A stretch of DNA of 64,000 nt from assembly GCA_963734495.1 (NCBI GenBank), contig CAVTHK010000003.1, positions 128,001-192,000 of the forward strand, given 5' to 3'. The position numbers were made by a program, and so were the translations under genes. The notes beneath the pieces were generated by a model. That model searched no databases and was not told the origin of the DNA. It saw only the letters and a list, made by a program, of their open reading frames with translations. The stretch is from an uncultured Spirochaetota bacterium. GTDB taxonomy: Bacteria; Spirochaetota; Spirochaetia; SZUA-6; CAVTHK01. Shown one piece after another: positions 1 through 11,100 of the stretch (position 1 is its first letter; every line of letters begins with the position of its first letter).

Positions 1-304
1 CCGCCGCGGTCAGCACCGGAATCAGGTTGAAGGTCTGGAACACGAAGCCGAGCCGCTGCCTGCGGAACAGGGCGAGCTCGCGGTTGTCCATCCGCGACAC
101 GGCCTTCCCGTCGATCGTGATCTCCCCGGCGTCGGGCCGGTCGATGCAGCCGATGAGGTTCAGCAGCGTCGTCTTTCCCGATCCCGATGGGCCCGCGATC
201 GCGAGGAACTCTCCCGGCGCGATGGCGAGCGTCACCCCGCGCAGCGCCCTGACCTCGGTCTCGCCCGCCCGATACGTCCGTTCCACGTTGCTGATGCGGA
301 TCAC
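1..304 (-). CDS. ABC transporter ATP-binding protein, LolD/MacB-like (5' part; runs off the window edge)
   Basis: Manual translation from GTG at 304: VIRISNVERTYRAGETEVRALRGVTLAIAPGEFLAIAGPSGSGKTTLLNLIGCIDRPD...LGFVFQTFNLIPVLTA. Walker A is present, and the start overlaps the TetR stop (GTGA). Confidence 0.9.
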   Translation of the reverse strand, partial: MIRISNVERTYRAGETEVRALRGVTLAIAPGEFLAIAGPSGSGKTTLLNLIGCIDRPDAGEITIDGKAVSRMDNRELALFRRQRLGFVFQTFNLIPVLTAA

Positions 305-1048
305 CGCGCGCCTCCCGCGTCCCCGCCCGCCGGGACCGCGGCCGCGCCCTCCGGCCGCGCGAGGGTCCGGCGGAAGCTCTCGAGCACCCGTCTCGTGGGG
401 TCGGCCAGGTGAAGGCTTCCGGCCGCCGCGCCGAGCAGCCGTTCGGCCGCCTCCTCGTACACGGCGAACATCCGCTCGGCCGTCGGCCAGGCGCTCGGGC
501 CTGCTCTCGGCCTCCATGAGGAGCCGCGCAAAGCGCTCGCCCAGCCCGGACCACGTGCGCAGGAAGATCTCCGCCGATTCCTCGGGGTACCGTGTGTTGA
601 AGATCCCTTCATCTACCCCTTGGCGGACGATCTGCGCGTAGAGGGGCACCGCCTTCGCGAGCATCCGCTCGGTCATCCTGTGCCTGGCCACGAGGTTGTC
701 CGGCCTGTAAAAGACGCGGAGGTATCGCAGCAGCATGGCGGCGTGCATGCTCTTGATCCCGCCCGCGACGTCGTGAACCTTGCGCAGCTTCTCGGTGGCC
801 GCGTCGCTCCCGGCGACGATCGGGCTGATGGCGTCGAAGAGCCGCGCGGAGATCTCGTCGACGAGATCGTTGAGCAGATCTTCCTTGCCTGCGAAGTAGT
901 GGTAGAAGGTCCCCTTCGCGATTCCGGCCTTCTCGATGATCGCGTTCACCGTGGTGTCCTCGTAGCCCGTCGAATCGAAGAGGGCCTGCGCGCAGGCGAG
1001 GATCTCGCCGCGTCGCACGTCATGCTCTTTGACGACCCTGGGACGCAT
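301..1048 (-). CDS. TetR/AcrR family transcriptional regulator (one apparent frameshift near 480)
   Basis: MRPRVVKEHDVRRGEILACAQALFDSTGYEDTTVNAIIEKAGIAKGTFYHYFAGKEDLL is a TetR helix-turn-helix. The C-terminus continues in ORF 301..612 (ERMFAVYEEAAERLLG...). Confidence 0.9.
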
Positions 1049-1097
1049 ATGTGCTGGCCCCCTTCCCGAACCGGCATCCCCCGCCCGACCGCGTCGG

Positions 1098-1126
1098 ATA
1101 CTATCGACCGACCGTCGGTCGGTCAA
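1098..1126 (-). promoter_or_regulatory. sigma70-type promoter of tetR with overlapping palindromic operator
   Basis: Minus strand reads TTGACC-N17-TAGTAT. A perfect inverted repeat GACCGACCG-T-CGGTCGGTC at 1106-1124 covers the -35 and spacer. Confidence 0.8.
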
Positions 1127-1218
1127 GTCAGGATAATGCTGAAGGGCTGCATGCGTCAAGCCGCGCCGCGGGGTTGCGAATTTCGCCTTCCGCCACCGGT
1201 CCCGCATCCGCTTTTCGC

Positions 1219-1247
1219 TTGACAGCCACCCACCTCTGTCTCAGAAT
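1219..1247 (+). promoter_or_regulatory. sigma70-type promoter of the small BON-like gene
   Basis: TTGACA-N17-CAGAAT, followed by AGGAGG and ATG at 1280. Confidence 0.6.
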
Positions 1248-1279
1248 CTTAAGTGACAGGCTTGCAGGAGGTCGCAAGT

Positions 1280-1510
1280 ATGGCAGACATCGCCAGGGTG
1301 TTGCTGGACGAGATCCGGACCTACGAGAACACACCCGACGTCGGCGTTGAGGTCACCAAGGGCAAGGGCCTGTTCAACCGCCGCAAGGTGATCCACGTGT
1401 TCGGCGCGGTGAGCTCCGACATCGTCAAGCAGAAGATCGGCGACATCGCGCAGAAGCACGCCGGCGACATCTTCGACGTGGCCAACGAGCTGCGCGTCAA
1501 GGCGCACTGA
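1280..1510 (+). CDS. Small (76 aa) protein, BON-domain-like
   Basis: AGGAGG RBS and GC3-rich codon use. The pattern IHVFGAVSSDIVKQKIGDIA...VANELRV resembles the BON consensus (G.V........A...V.N.L.V). Confidence 0.6.
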   Translation: MADIARVLLDEIRTYENTPDVGVEVTKGKGLFNRRKVIHVFGAVSSDIVKQKIGDIAQKHAGDIFDVANELRVKAH

Positions 1511-1582
1511 GCCCAGGCCGGGAATCCATTCCTCTGCTCCGCCGCGCCGGCCCGCAGGCGCGCGGCAGGGCGTTACTGAGTC

Positions 1583-1611
1583 TTGACAATCCCGTAGCGC
1601 TCTCCTAGCCT
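1583..1611 (+). promoter_or_regulatory. sigma70-type promoter of the phosphofructokinase gene
   Basis: TTGACA-N17-TAGCCT upstream of AGGAG and GTG at 1675. Confidence 0.55.
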
Positions 1612-1674
1612 TCGCGTCGAAGAGGCCGCGGAAGCGGCGTCTTCGCACCCTGTCGTTTGTTCCAGGAGCCAATC

Positions 1675-2964
1675 GTGAGACGCAACGCCATCGTCGCGCA
1701 GTCCGGCGGTCCTTCGCCCGTCATCAACGCCTCCCTTGCCGGCGTCATCGAGGGCTGCGGCGATTACCCCGATCGCATCGGCAGGCTGTACGCGGCCTGG
1801 CACGGCGTCGAGGGGCTGCTTCGCGAGGAGCTGATCGACCTCGGCGCCCAGCCGCGCGACGAGATCGCGCTGCTGCGCACCACGCCGGCCGCGGGCGCGA
1901 TCGGCAGCTGCCGCTACAAGCTCAAGGAGCAGCAGGGCGAGGACTTCGAGCGGCTGATCCGCGTGATGCAGGCCCACGATGTCGGCTGGTTCTTCTACAT
2001 CGGGGGCAACGACTCCATGGACACGGCGGGCAAGGTCTCGAACCTCGCCCGCGAGCACGGGATCGACCTCGTCGCCACCGGCGTGCCCAAGACGATCGAC
2101 AACGATGTCGGCGACCCCGAGTTCCGCCTGATCGATCACACGCCCGGCTACGGGAGCTGCGCCCGGTACTGGGCCTACCTCGTCCAGAACCTGGAAGAAG
2201 AAAACTGCGGCATGTCGCCATCGGAGCCGGTCTGCGTCGTCCAGGCCATGGGGCGCAAGAGCGGCTGGATCCCCGCGGCGGTGCGGCTCGGCGACCCGGA
2301 CCGCAGGATGCCGATCCAGATCTACTTTGCCGAGAGCCGGCATTCCCTCGAGTCGCTCGGCGAGAACGTGCGCGCCGCAGGTTTCACGCAGCGGCCGCTG
2401 CATCGTCGTGGTGAGCGAGGGCTTCGACGTCGGCAGCCTCGGCGAGGCCCGCGACGGCTTCGGCCACGTCGAGTACGGCGCGAGCCGCACGACGGTGGCG
2501 CAGGTGATCACCAACTACCTGAACGATCTCGGGCCTGGGAGTCGCCGGCCAGGCGACCGGCCAGAGCCCCGGGGTGATCCAGCGCTCGGTCTCGATCTTC
2601 GCCTCGGCCGTCGACATCGAGGAGGCCTACCAGGTCGGCCGCAAGGCCGTCTCGGTCGCCGTCGAGGAGGGCAGCGGATGGATGGCCACGATCCTCCGCA
2701 GGCCGGGCGCCGCCTACCAGGCGTACTACGACAAGGTCCCCCTCGAGCAGGTCGCCAACTCGGAGCGCCGCCTGCCCCCGTCCTGGATCAGCGCCGACGG
2801 GCTGGACGTCACCGACGACTTCGTGCGGTACGCGCGGCCCCTGATCGGAGACGGCTGGCCCGCCGCGCCGATCGAGCGCGGGCATCCAGCGGTTCGCCCG
2901 CCTGAAGATCGCGCTCCTGCCGAAGAAGCTGCCGGCGTACACGCCGATGAACGCCCGCGGCTGA
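1675..2964 (+). CDS. pfp: Phosphofructokinase family, probably pyrophosphate-dependent (several frameshifts)
   Basis: AQSGGPSPVINASL, IGGNDSMDT, PKTIDND, TPGYGS and MGRKSGW motifs. The protein continues in ORFs 2327..2905 and 2574..3536 (DGFGHVEYG, EEAYQVGRKAV, VANSERRLP, DFVRYARPLIG). GGxD plus PKTIDND is the PPi-type signature. Confidence 0.88.
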
Positions 2965-2968
2965 GGCG

Positions 2969-4365
2969 TCAGCCGGGCGGGAGCCGGCAGCGTCCTCGCG
3001 ATCTCGGCGATCCGGTAGCCGAAGCCCGGGCCGCCGAGCGTGGACAGGTCGATCATGCCGTCGCGGCGGCTGTAGAGCCCGGGGTGCACCGCGGCCTCCG
3101 GCCGCGAGGCCTCGGGGTAGAACTGCATCGCGTTCGTCTCGACCCCCATGATGGTGCCCGCGTGCGCCGCGAGCAGCACGTGCGGGATCTGCGCGAGCAT
3201 CGGGTTGGTGAGGTCCTGCACCATCAGCGTCATGCCGTGCGCCTTGGCCCAGCACAGCGAGAGCAGCGCGCCCGTCTGCGTCTTGCAGGTCTTGAGCGCC
3301 ACGCCGGTCCAGCCGAGCCGGCGGCCGAGGCGGACGAGGCGCCAGTCGTGCGCGCTCTCGTCCATGAACAGCGGCTTGCGCGCCGCGACGCTGTGCACGT
3401 CGATCTGGTGCTCCTCCAGGTCGTAGGGGAACGGCTGCTCGACGTAGAGGATCATGCCGTAGATGCGCGGCTCGTCCGCGATCAGCCGGTCGAGGATCTC
3501 GTTGACGTAGCCGCGGCTCGGAGACCGTGCAGTTGAAGTCGGCGCTGAGCCACTCGCACGCCCTTCTCGCGGCGCGATGCGGCCCACCTGCGCGAGCCGC
3601 TCGTAGTCCCACTCCGCGTCGTTGCCCGTGAGCTTGACCTTGAGGCACTTCAGCCCGTCGCGCTCGATCCAGTCGCGCAGCAGCACCGGGTAGCCGTCGT
3701 CGGGCTCGCCGCCGGTGAGCTCGCTCGGCTCGATCAGGTCCTTGCCCCCGACGAGGTGCCAGGCGCGCAGCCTGCCTGCCGGCGACAGGCGCGACGAAAT
3801 CGCGCGGGTACAGGCCCTTGAAGCTCACGGCGCTGCCCTCGGCGGGCCGCAGGTAGGCCGACGAGGTCGCGGTTCATGTGCTCGGGCCCGTAGGTCTGGT
3901 ACACCGGGAGCCCCAGGAGGTTGCCGTAGGCGTCGTGGACCGCGATGTCGAACGGGGAGAAGCAGACCAGCGCGGCCAGCCAGGGCATGGCCGGCTGCCC
4001 GCCGGCGCCCGCGGCGCGCCAGCGCCGGCGCAGCTCGCCTTCGACAAAGCCCTGCCCGATCTCGATCGGGTGCCCCCTGTCGCCGAAGCTCGCGAACGCC
4101 GCGCTCGAGGCCGAGGACCAGTGTCCTTGAGCGCGCGGTGGCGCGGCTCGTACGGGTCGCTGCTCGGCCACACCCACTGCACGCTGAGCGGCGTCTCCCC
4201 CCAGCCTTCGGCGCTGCGTCCCTTGCGGTCCTCGACGCGGACGCGCACGCGGGCGAGCGTCACCGAGGTGAGCGTCTCGGGGCCGAACTTGAGCGGCACG
4301 CGCGTCTGCACGGGAAGGAAGAAGACCTCGCTCTCCCTGATGACGATGTCGGTGCTCTTCGCCAT
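2969..4365 (-). CDS. Enolase-superfamily (mandelate racemase/muconate lactonizing-like) enzyme, frameshifted
   Basis: N-terminus MAKSTDIVIRESEVFFLPVQTRVPLKFG...GWGETPLSVQW, then SPFDIAVHDAYG, LKVKLTG, SADFN, YVEQPF, MDESAHD, ALKTCKTQT and GPGFGY. Stop position is approximate. Confidence 0.8.
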
Positions 4366-4382
4366 TGCAGTTCTCCCCCGGA

Positions 4383-5445
4383 TCAGACTTCCGGCGCGGA
4401 TGACCATCCCGAGGATGTCGTCCGGATTCTCGAGCGCGGCCGAGGTCTCCTCGTCGATGCGCGCCAGGGCGACCCTGTGGGTCGTCAGCGAGTCGACGGG
4501 GAGCTTCTTTTCGGCGATCAGGCGCATGCACAGCTCGAGGTTGGTCCGAGTCGTCCAGCGCATGAACACCGGCGGATACGCGCCGCCGACCTCCCACGCG
4601 GTGTCGTGGTAGCCGGGGCCAGTGCGCGAAGAGCGCCGGATGTCGATGTTCGTGAGAGGGCTCGTGTAGGCGAAGCTCGCGCCGCCCACCACCACGATGA
4701 TGCCCATCGGGTGCCCGTCCGGCGAGACCTTCATCGATTTGAGCAGGCTCGTCATCGCCGAATCGGCGTTGCCGCCGAACGCGAGCACGGCGTCGTCGAG
4801 GCCGGCGCCGCCGCTCCAGGCGCGCGTCGCCGCGACCTCGTCCTCTGTGCCGACGCGCGCCGTCGCGTCGATCCCCCACCCGCGGGCGATCTCCAGGCGG
4901 CGCTCGAACGTGTCCCATCCGATCACGCAGCAGCCCGCGAGCTGGTAGAGCCGGGCGGCGAGCTGGCCGACGAGACCGAGGCCCGCCACCGCCGCGAAGT
5001 CGCCGAACTCCGGGCGGCCGCGCCGCAGCGCGTGCAGCGCGGTGGCCGCCAGCATCGCGTACGCGCCCTGCTCGAACGTCACCGCGGCCGGCAGCTTGAC
5101 GCACAGGTTGTGAGGGATCACCGCGGTGTCGGCGTGCATGGCGTACCCGCCGCCGATCCCGGCAATCCGGTCGCCCGCCTTGAAGTCGTCCACGCCGTCG
5201 CCGCAGGCGAGGACGACGCCGGAGTTGCTGTAGCCGAAAGGCTTGGGCTTCGCCGCGGTGTCGGGGTTGCGCCGCAGCGCCGCAAAGCCGTGCCAGCCGC
5301 GGAGCTCCGTGCCGGGGCTCACGAGCGACGCGCGCACCTCCACCAGCAGCATACCCGGCTTCAGCGCGGGGACGTCCTGCTCGATCAGCCGGATGTGCCC
5401 GTCGCCGTATGTGGCGGCGACTTTTCGTTTCCGCGGGTACGCCAC
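4383..5445 (-). CDS. Zinc-type alcohol dehydrogenase / MDR superfamily oxidoreductase
   Basis: SLVSPGTEL, GYSNSGVV, GDRI, ATALHALRRG, Rossmann VAGLGLVGQL and C-terminal LTTHRV...LGMVI. As given it reads in frame into the next gene, so the stop is inferred. Confidence 0.85.
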
Positions 5446-5530
5446 TGCGTATCTCCTTTGCGCTCCAGACTATCGGACAACGGGGCGGCCGCGCAAGGAA
5501 GCGCCGTGCTCCCGTGTGCCCCCGCGGGCG

Positions 5531-6326
5531 CTACACGGCCTCCGGCTCGATCTCCAGGCCGTCGCAGGCGACGCCGACCCTCGCGCCGTTTTCGCGGAGG
5601 AGCCTGGCCTCGAGGTCGGCGTGGAGCACGTCGTGGCAGATGTGAGTGAGCAGGGCCCGCCGCGGCGCCAGCCTGCGCACCACCGACAGCGCCTCGTCCA
5701 CGCTGAGATGCGAGACGTGAGGCCGGTAGCGCAGGCCGTCGATGACCAGCAGCCGCAGGCCGCCGAGCGCCCGGACGGCCGCCTCCGGCAGCCGCGAGAC
5801 GTCGGGCAGGTAGGCGCAGTCCGCGAACCGGTATCCGAACACTTCGGTGTTGCCGTGCAGGACCGGGATCGGCCGGAACTCGATTGCCGCAGACCTCGAA
5901 TGGGCCGTCGACGGGCCTCAGGTCCAGCGCGGCGACCCCGCCGCCCCTGTGCGCCGTCCGGCCCTCGAAGAGGTAGCGGAAGGCGTGCTCGCGGAGGTAC
6001 TGCAGGTGGTCCGCCGGCCCGTACACCGGCAGGCTCCCGCGGCCGCGGGACGTGAAGACGCGCAGGTCGTCGATGCCGGCGATGTGGTCGTAGTGCGCGT
6101 GGGTGATCAGCAGCGCATCGAGCCGCGCGAGGCGCTGCCGCAGCGCCTGGATGCGGAAGTCGCGGCCGCAGTCGAGCAGGATGCGGTGCTCGCCGGCGGA
6201 CACGAGCAGGGAGGCGTTCGTCCGGTTGTCCCGCGGGTCCGCGGAGCGGCAGGTCGCGCAGTCGCAGCCGATCATGGGGACTCCGTGGCTCGTCCCCGAC
6301 CCCAGCACCGTTATTCGCACGTCCAT
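5531..6326 (-). CDS. Metallo-beta-lactamase-fold hydrolase, PhnP/YycJ-like (one frameshift near 5890)
   Basis: LGSGTSHGVPMIGCDCATC, RTNASLL, LDCGRDF, THAHYDHIAGIDDLR. The C-terminus is in ORF 5531..5842 (GYRF...AYLPD...SHLS...THICH). Confidence 0.9.
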
Positions 6327-6631
6327 CCGGGTCCTCTCGCGCCCTTTTCGCGGCAGGGCTTCGCGATACGGCCGGCCGAGGGTACACCGTACGCTGCCGC
6401 TCCCGCAAACGCCCCGCCTGGTCCCCCTGATCCCCCGTGATCCCCGCGGAAACGGCCCCGCCGGCCGGGCGCAGGCTCCCCGGGATTGTGGAGAGCCTGA
6501 TAATACTGTTAAATTAAAGCTCCATCTCGCCGTTATATAATATGAGGTGACGCACCCGGTGCCCAGACGCGGTGGAGCTTCGTTGCAGGCCGGGGTATCC
6601 CGGATCAGAGAGGGAAGCAGCGGCAGTCCAT

Positions 6632-7688
6632 ATGACCAGGCAACAGGTACGGGAGTTCGTCCGCGCCGTCCCCAAGACGGAGATCCACCTGCACCTCGAA
6701 GCGATCGCGACCGCCGACACGATCTGGCGCCTGATCGAGCGGCACAAGCTGTCGCTGCCCGGCATCAGCGACCCAGAAGCAGCTGCGTGCGCAAGTTCAA
6801 GGTGCGCAGCCTGGACGAGTTCGTCGACCTGTTCATCAACGTCATCCAGAACTGCTTCCGCAGCGGCGAGGACCTCGACCTCGTCCTCAAGCGACGCGCG
6901 GGACTACCTCTCGCGCAACAACATCTTCTACGCCGAGATCTTCATCGCGCCCTCGAAGCTGATCATGAACGGGGTCCCCTTCGAGACCGTGATCGACAGG
7001 CTCGACGAGGGCATGGACCGGATCAAGGCCGCGGACGGAATCGACATCCGCTTCATCGTGGACGTCTCGCGCAGCTACGGCGTGGAAAACGCCCGCAAGA
7101 ACCTCGATCTCACCCTCAAGCACCGCGGCCGCAGCGTGATCGGCATCGGGCTCGGCGGCGCCGAAGCGACGGGACCGGCGAGGGACTACGCCGACATCTT
7201 CGCCAGGGCGTCGACAGCGGCCTGCGCGTCGTGGCGCATGCGGGCGAGGACATCGGGCCCGAGTCGATCTGGGACGCGATCCGCATCCTCAAGGCCTCGC
7301 GCATCGGGCACGGCATCAGCGCCATCCAGGACGAGGAGCTGATGGACTATCTGGCGGAAAAGCAGATCCCGCTCGAGATCTGCCCGACGAGCAACCTGTT
7401 CACCCGCAAGTACGTCACGAAGCTCACCAACCATCCGATCCGCGCGTTCTACGACCGCGGCCTCAAGGTCACCGTGAACACCGACGACCCGTCGGTGTTC
7501 GACGTCGAGCTGGTCGACGAGTACATGAAGCTCATGAACGGGGGCTTCTTCAAGATCGAGGAGATCGTCACCCTCATCCGCAACGGCCTGTTCTCGACCT
7601 TCCTCCCGGTCCGGGAGAAGGCTGCCCACTGGAAGACGCCATCTCCAAGCTCATAGCCGAGCGGGGAGTGCGCGCCGACCGGGAGTAG
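6632..7688 (+). CDS. add: Adenosine deaminase (frameshifted)
   Basis: VPKTEIHLHLEA, GIGLGGAE, AHAGED, RIGHG, EICPTSN and VNTDDP motifs spread over ORFs 6572..7342 and 6547..7656. The stop is at 7656 or 7688 depending on a terminal indel. Confidence 0.92.
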
Positions 7689-7699
7689 GGCCGCAAGCG

Positions 7700-8308
7700 T
7701 CAGCGCAGCCGTCCGTTCGCGATGTCGTCCACCACCCGCCAGTAAAGATCGTGCTCGGCCGCGAGGACTCGCTCGGCCAGAGACTGCGGGGTGTCTCCCG
7801 GGAGCACGGCGACCCTGGCCTGGCGGGCCACAGGTCCATGGTCGTAGTCCTCGTCCACGAAGTGCACGGTCACTCCGCTCTCCGCGTCGCCCGAGCGCAG
7901 CACCGCCTCGTGAACTCGCGGCCCGTACATGCCCTGCCCGCCGTACCGGGGGAGCAGGGCGGGGTGGATGTTGAGGATCCTCCGGGGGTACCGCCTCACG
8001 ATCTCGGGCGGCAGCTTCTTCATGTAGCCGGTGAGCAGGATCAGCTCGATGCGCTCCTCCGCGAGCAGCGCGAGGAGCGCCCGCGCCAGCTCGCCCGCGC
8101 CGGGGTGGGTGCGGCTCGACAGGTGCAGCGCGCGGATCCCTCGCGCGCGCGCGACGGCCAGCGCTCCCGCGTCGCTGTTGTTGCTCACCACGAGCCGCAC
8201 CTCGGCGTTGCGCAGGCTCCCGTCGTCGATGCGAGCCAGGATCGCGGCGAGATTGCTCCCGCGGCCCGAGGCGAAAGCGGCTACGTTCACGATCTCAAGA
8301 GCTAACAC
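7700..8308 (-). CDS. purN: Phosphoribosylglycinamide formyltransferase
   Basis: FASGRGSNL, LTGYMKKL, ILNIHPALLP.YGG.GMYG, GVTVHFVDEDYDHGP and EH motifs in an intact ORF. Confidence 0.96.
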   Translation of the reverse strand: MLALEIVNVAAFASGRGSNLAAILARIDDGSLRNAEVRLVVSNNSDAGALAVARARGIRALHLSSRTHPGAGELARALLALLAEERIELILLTGYMKKLPPEIVRRYPRRILNIHPALLPRYGGQGMYGPRVHEAVLRSGDAESGVTVHFVDEDYDHGPVARQARVAVLPGDTPQSLAERVLAAEHDLYWRVVDDIANGRLR

Positions 8309-8485
8309 GCGGGTGCCCTCCGGTCAACCGGCAGAAAGCCAGACGAGGAGCGCCCCGGTGTGATATGCCTGTGCGGAGGCGATATACTGGATGCTGCCGC
8401 CGCGGCCGCGACCGGCCCTGGCGCAAGGCCCGGCGAGTACGCCGGGCATGGGACCTGGCGAAGACGCCAGGTCGTAGGAGGGACA

Positions 8486-9228
8486 ATGAGACGGAGGATG
8501 GCGCTGGCGGCGGTGGCTGCTGCGGCAGCCCTGCTGCTGAGCTCCTGCATCGGGGTCGAGAGCCGCGTGACGTTTCACAACGACGGATCGGGAGTGCTGA
8601 AGATCGAGTACAGGATCGCAAAGTCGCTCGCGGATCTCGGCAAGGAGGGGACGTCGCAGGTTCCGCTGCCCGTCGACGAGCAGGAGCTGCGCAAGGCGCT
8701 GAGCGACGCCAAGGGCGTCAAGCTGATCGGGACCAGCCGCCGCGAGGATGAGAAGGACGTCTACATCACCGCGGAGGTCGCTTTCGATCGCATCGAATCG
8801 CTCGCGGAGGTCGACGCGTTCAAAGACATGCCCATGAGCCTCGAGAAGTCGGGGAACGACTGTCGTCTTCCGGCAGGTGATCTCCGCCCGCCCCGCGGCG
8901 CCGCAGGCGATCGAGGCCGCGGGAGCAGCGGCCCCGGCGGCCGGGGCCGCCGCGGGGACCGCAGAGGCGGGCGCGCCGACCGCTCCGGCGGCCGAGGCCG
9001 CCGCGGCGACAGGCGAGTCGGCCGCTCAGTCCGACAAGGAGCTCGCCGCGATGTTCTCGGCCCTTTTTGAAGGCTACGAGCTCGTCTTCTTCGGTGAACG
9101 CGCCGCGGCCGATCAAGTCGAGCAGCGCCGGAGAGATTTCGGCCGACCGGAGGACCGTGACCTACCGGCTGCCGGTCGAAAAGGTGGTGGAGCTCCCGCC
9201 GGAGACCGCCTTCACCGTGACCTGGTAG
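8486..9228 (+). CDS. Lipoprotein, LppM/DUF3153-like, with an Ala-rich insertion (frameshifted)
   Basis: AGGAGG RBS; signal peptide and lipobox MRRRMALAAVAAAAALLLSSC; then IGVESRVTFHNDGSG. The C-terminus reads ...SADRRTVTYRLPVEKVVELPPETAFTVTW-stop. Confidence 0.7.
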
Positions 9229-9260
9229 CGGAGGGGGATCCCGGGAGCCGCCCGCCGTCG

Positions 9261-11100
9261 CTACGGTTTCTCGTCGAGGAACTGCCGCTCGTAGAGCTCG
9301 CGGTACAGCCCGCCCCGGGCCATCAGCTCGTCGTGACTGCCGCGGTCGACGATGCGGCCGTCGCTCAGCACGCAGGTGAGGTCGGCGCGGCGCACGGTGC
9401 TCAGCCGGTGCGCGATGACGACCGAAGTGCGGCCCGCGAAGAGCCTCGAGAGCGCGTCCTGGATGAGCGCCTCGGTGAGCGTGTCGACGCTGGCTGTCGC
9501 CTCGTCCAGGATGAAGATCCGCGGGTCCGCGAGCACCGCGCGGGCGATGCAGATCAGCTGCCTCTGCCCGGTCGACAGGTTCGACCCCGCCTTCGCGGAC
9601 GACGGTGCGGTACGCGTCGGGCATCGCTTCGATAAAGTCCGCGGCGTTGGCCGCCCTGGCCGCGCCGCGGATCTCCGCATCGGTCGCACTGCGGCCGCGC
9701 AAAGGCGATGTTGTCGCCGATCGTCCCGGAGAACAGGAACGGGTTCTGCGACACGAGGCCCATGCGGCTGCGCAGCGCCTGCTGGCGGAAGCGCCGCACG
9801 TCGATGTCGTCGACGAGGACGCGGCCCGCGCGTCGCGTCGTAGAAGCGCAGGATCAGGTTCGCGATCGTCGTCTTGCCCGAGCCCGTCGGCCCGACCAGC
9901 GCCACCACGCTGCCCGGCTCGACGGCCAGGTCGATGTCGTGCAGGACGGGGAGCCCCTTGCGGTAGGCGAACGAGACGCCGCGCAGCTCGATGCGGCCCC
10001 GCAGCCTGCGAGGGCTCCAGGCGCGTCGGGGGCGTCCTGGATTTCCGGCTCGGTGTCGAGAAGCGCGAGCACCTTTCTCGCCTCCCGCCATGGCCGCCTG
10101 CATGGTCGTGTAGTTCTGGCTGATCTCCTGTATCGGCTGGAAGAAACGGCCGACGTAGGCGATGAAGGCGACGAGGGTCCCCATCGGTCACCTCGCCCGA
10201 CGTCGCCCAGCGGCCCGCCGAACCACAGCACGACCGCGGTCGCCAGCACCCCGAGAAAGTCGACCATCGGCAGGAAGGTGAACGAGAGGCTCATCGCCTC
10301 GATGTTCGAGTCGCGATTGGACTGGTTCGCCTGGTCGAACTTCTGGCTGCTCGCCTCTTCGCGGCCGAAGGCCTGGATGACCCTCATGCCCGCGATGTTC
10401 TCGGCGAGGTCGCCCACGACGGCGGCGATCCTGCACGCGCGTGTTGCGGTAAGGCGCTCTTGGCGCGGCGCGCGAACCACCAGTCGCGGCGACCATGAGG
10501 GGCAGGACCGAGAACGCGAGCAGGGCGAGGCGCGGCTCGATCCAGAGCATCACGGCCACGATCGCCGACCAGGACGACGCTGTCGCCCACGAAGGTGACG
10601 AGACCCTGCGAGAGGAACTGGTTGATGACCGACACGTCGTTGATGACGCGCGACACGGTTACGCCGATGATCTCGTGGTCGTGGTAGCCCAGGTGCAGCC
10701 GCTGCAGATGGTCGAACAGGCGGCTGCGCAGACTCCGAGCACGTCTCTGGCCGATGACCGAGAGCAGCTGCTGCTGGCCCGGCGCCCGTGATGAAGAGCG
10801 CGACGAACGCAGCGAGAAGCAGCAGCGACTGGCGCGCGAGCCCGGCGGCGTCGCGCGAGGCGATCGTCCGGTCTATGGCCGCGCGGACGAGCAGGGGGAT
10901 GACGAGGCTCAGCCGCGAGTACGCCAGGACCAGGACGAGGGCCGCGGTCATCTGACGCCAGTGGGGACGAGAAACCGCAGCAGCCGCGGAGGCGATCTTG
11001 ACGGTCGAACGTCTTTTCCTCGCCCTCGTGACCGTAGGCGTGGAGCGCTCCTCGGCCGCCCGGACCTCCGCCGTGGCCGCCTGCCGATCGCGAAGCTCAT
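9261..11100 (-). CDS. ABC exporter, fused permease/ATP-binding subunit (second subunit of a heterodimer; frameshifted)
   Basis: SRVINDVSVIN, ENIAGMRVIQAF, FFQPIQEIS, GPTGSGKTT, LSTGQRQLICIARA, LDEATASVD and IAHRLST. Confidence 0.9.

Noticed and set aside
1-1048. TetR-ABC ATPase fusion (one open frame from 1048 to the window edge)
   Set aside because: The TetR C-terminal helices continue in another frame ending in a GTGA stop/start overlap at 301-304. One indel near 480 explains the apparent fusion.
3874-5445. Dehydrogenase-enolase fusion protein suggested by the ORF track
   Set aside because: An out-of-frame TGA at 4383-4385 and a GGGGGAG RBS before the ATG at 4365 indicate two genes joined by an indel.
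6600-6625. SRP (4.5S) RNA suggested by TCAG...GGAAGCAGC
   Set aside because: The central GNRA-capped helix and the long enclosing stem are missing. The purine-rich stretch is better explained as the add ribosome-binding region.
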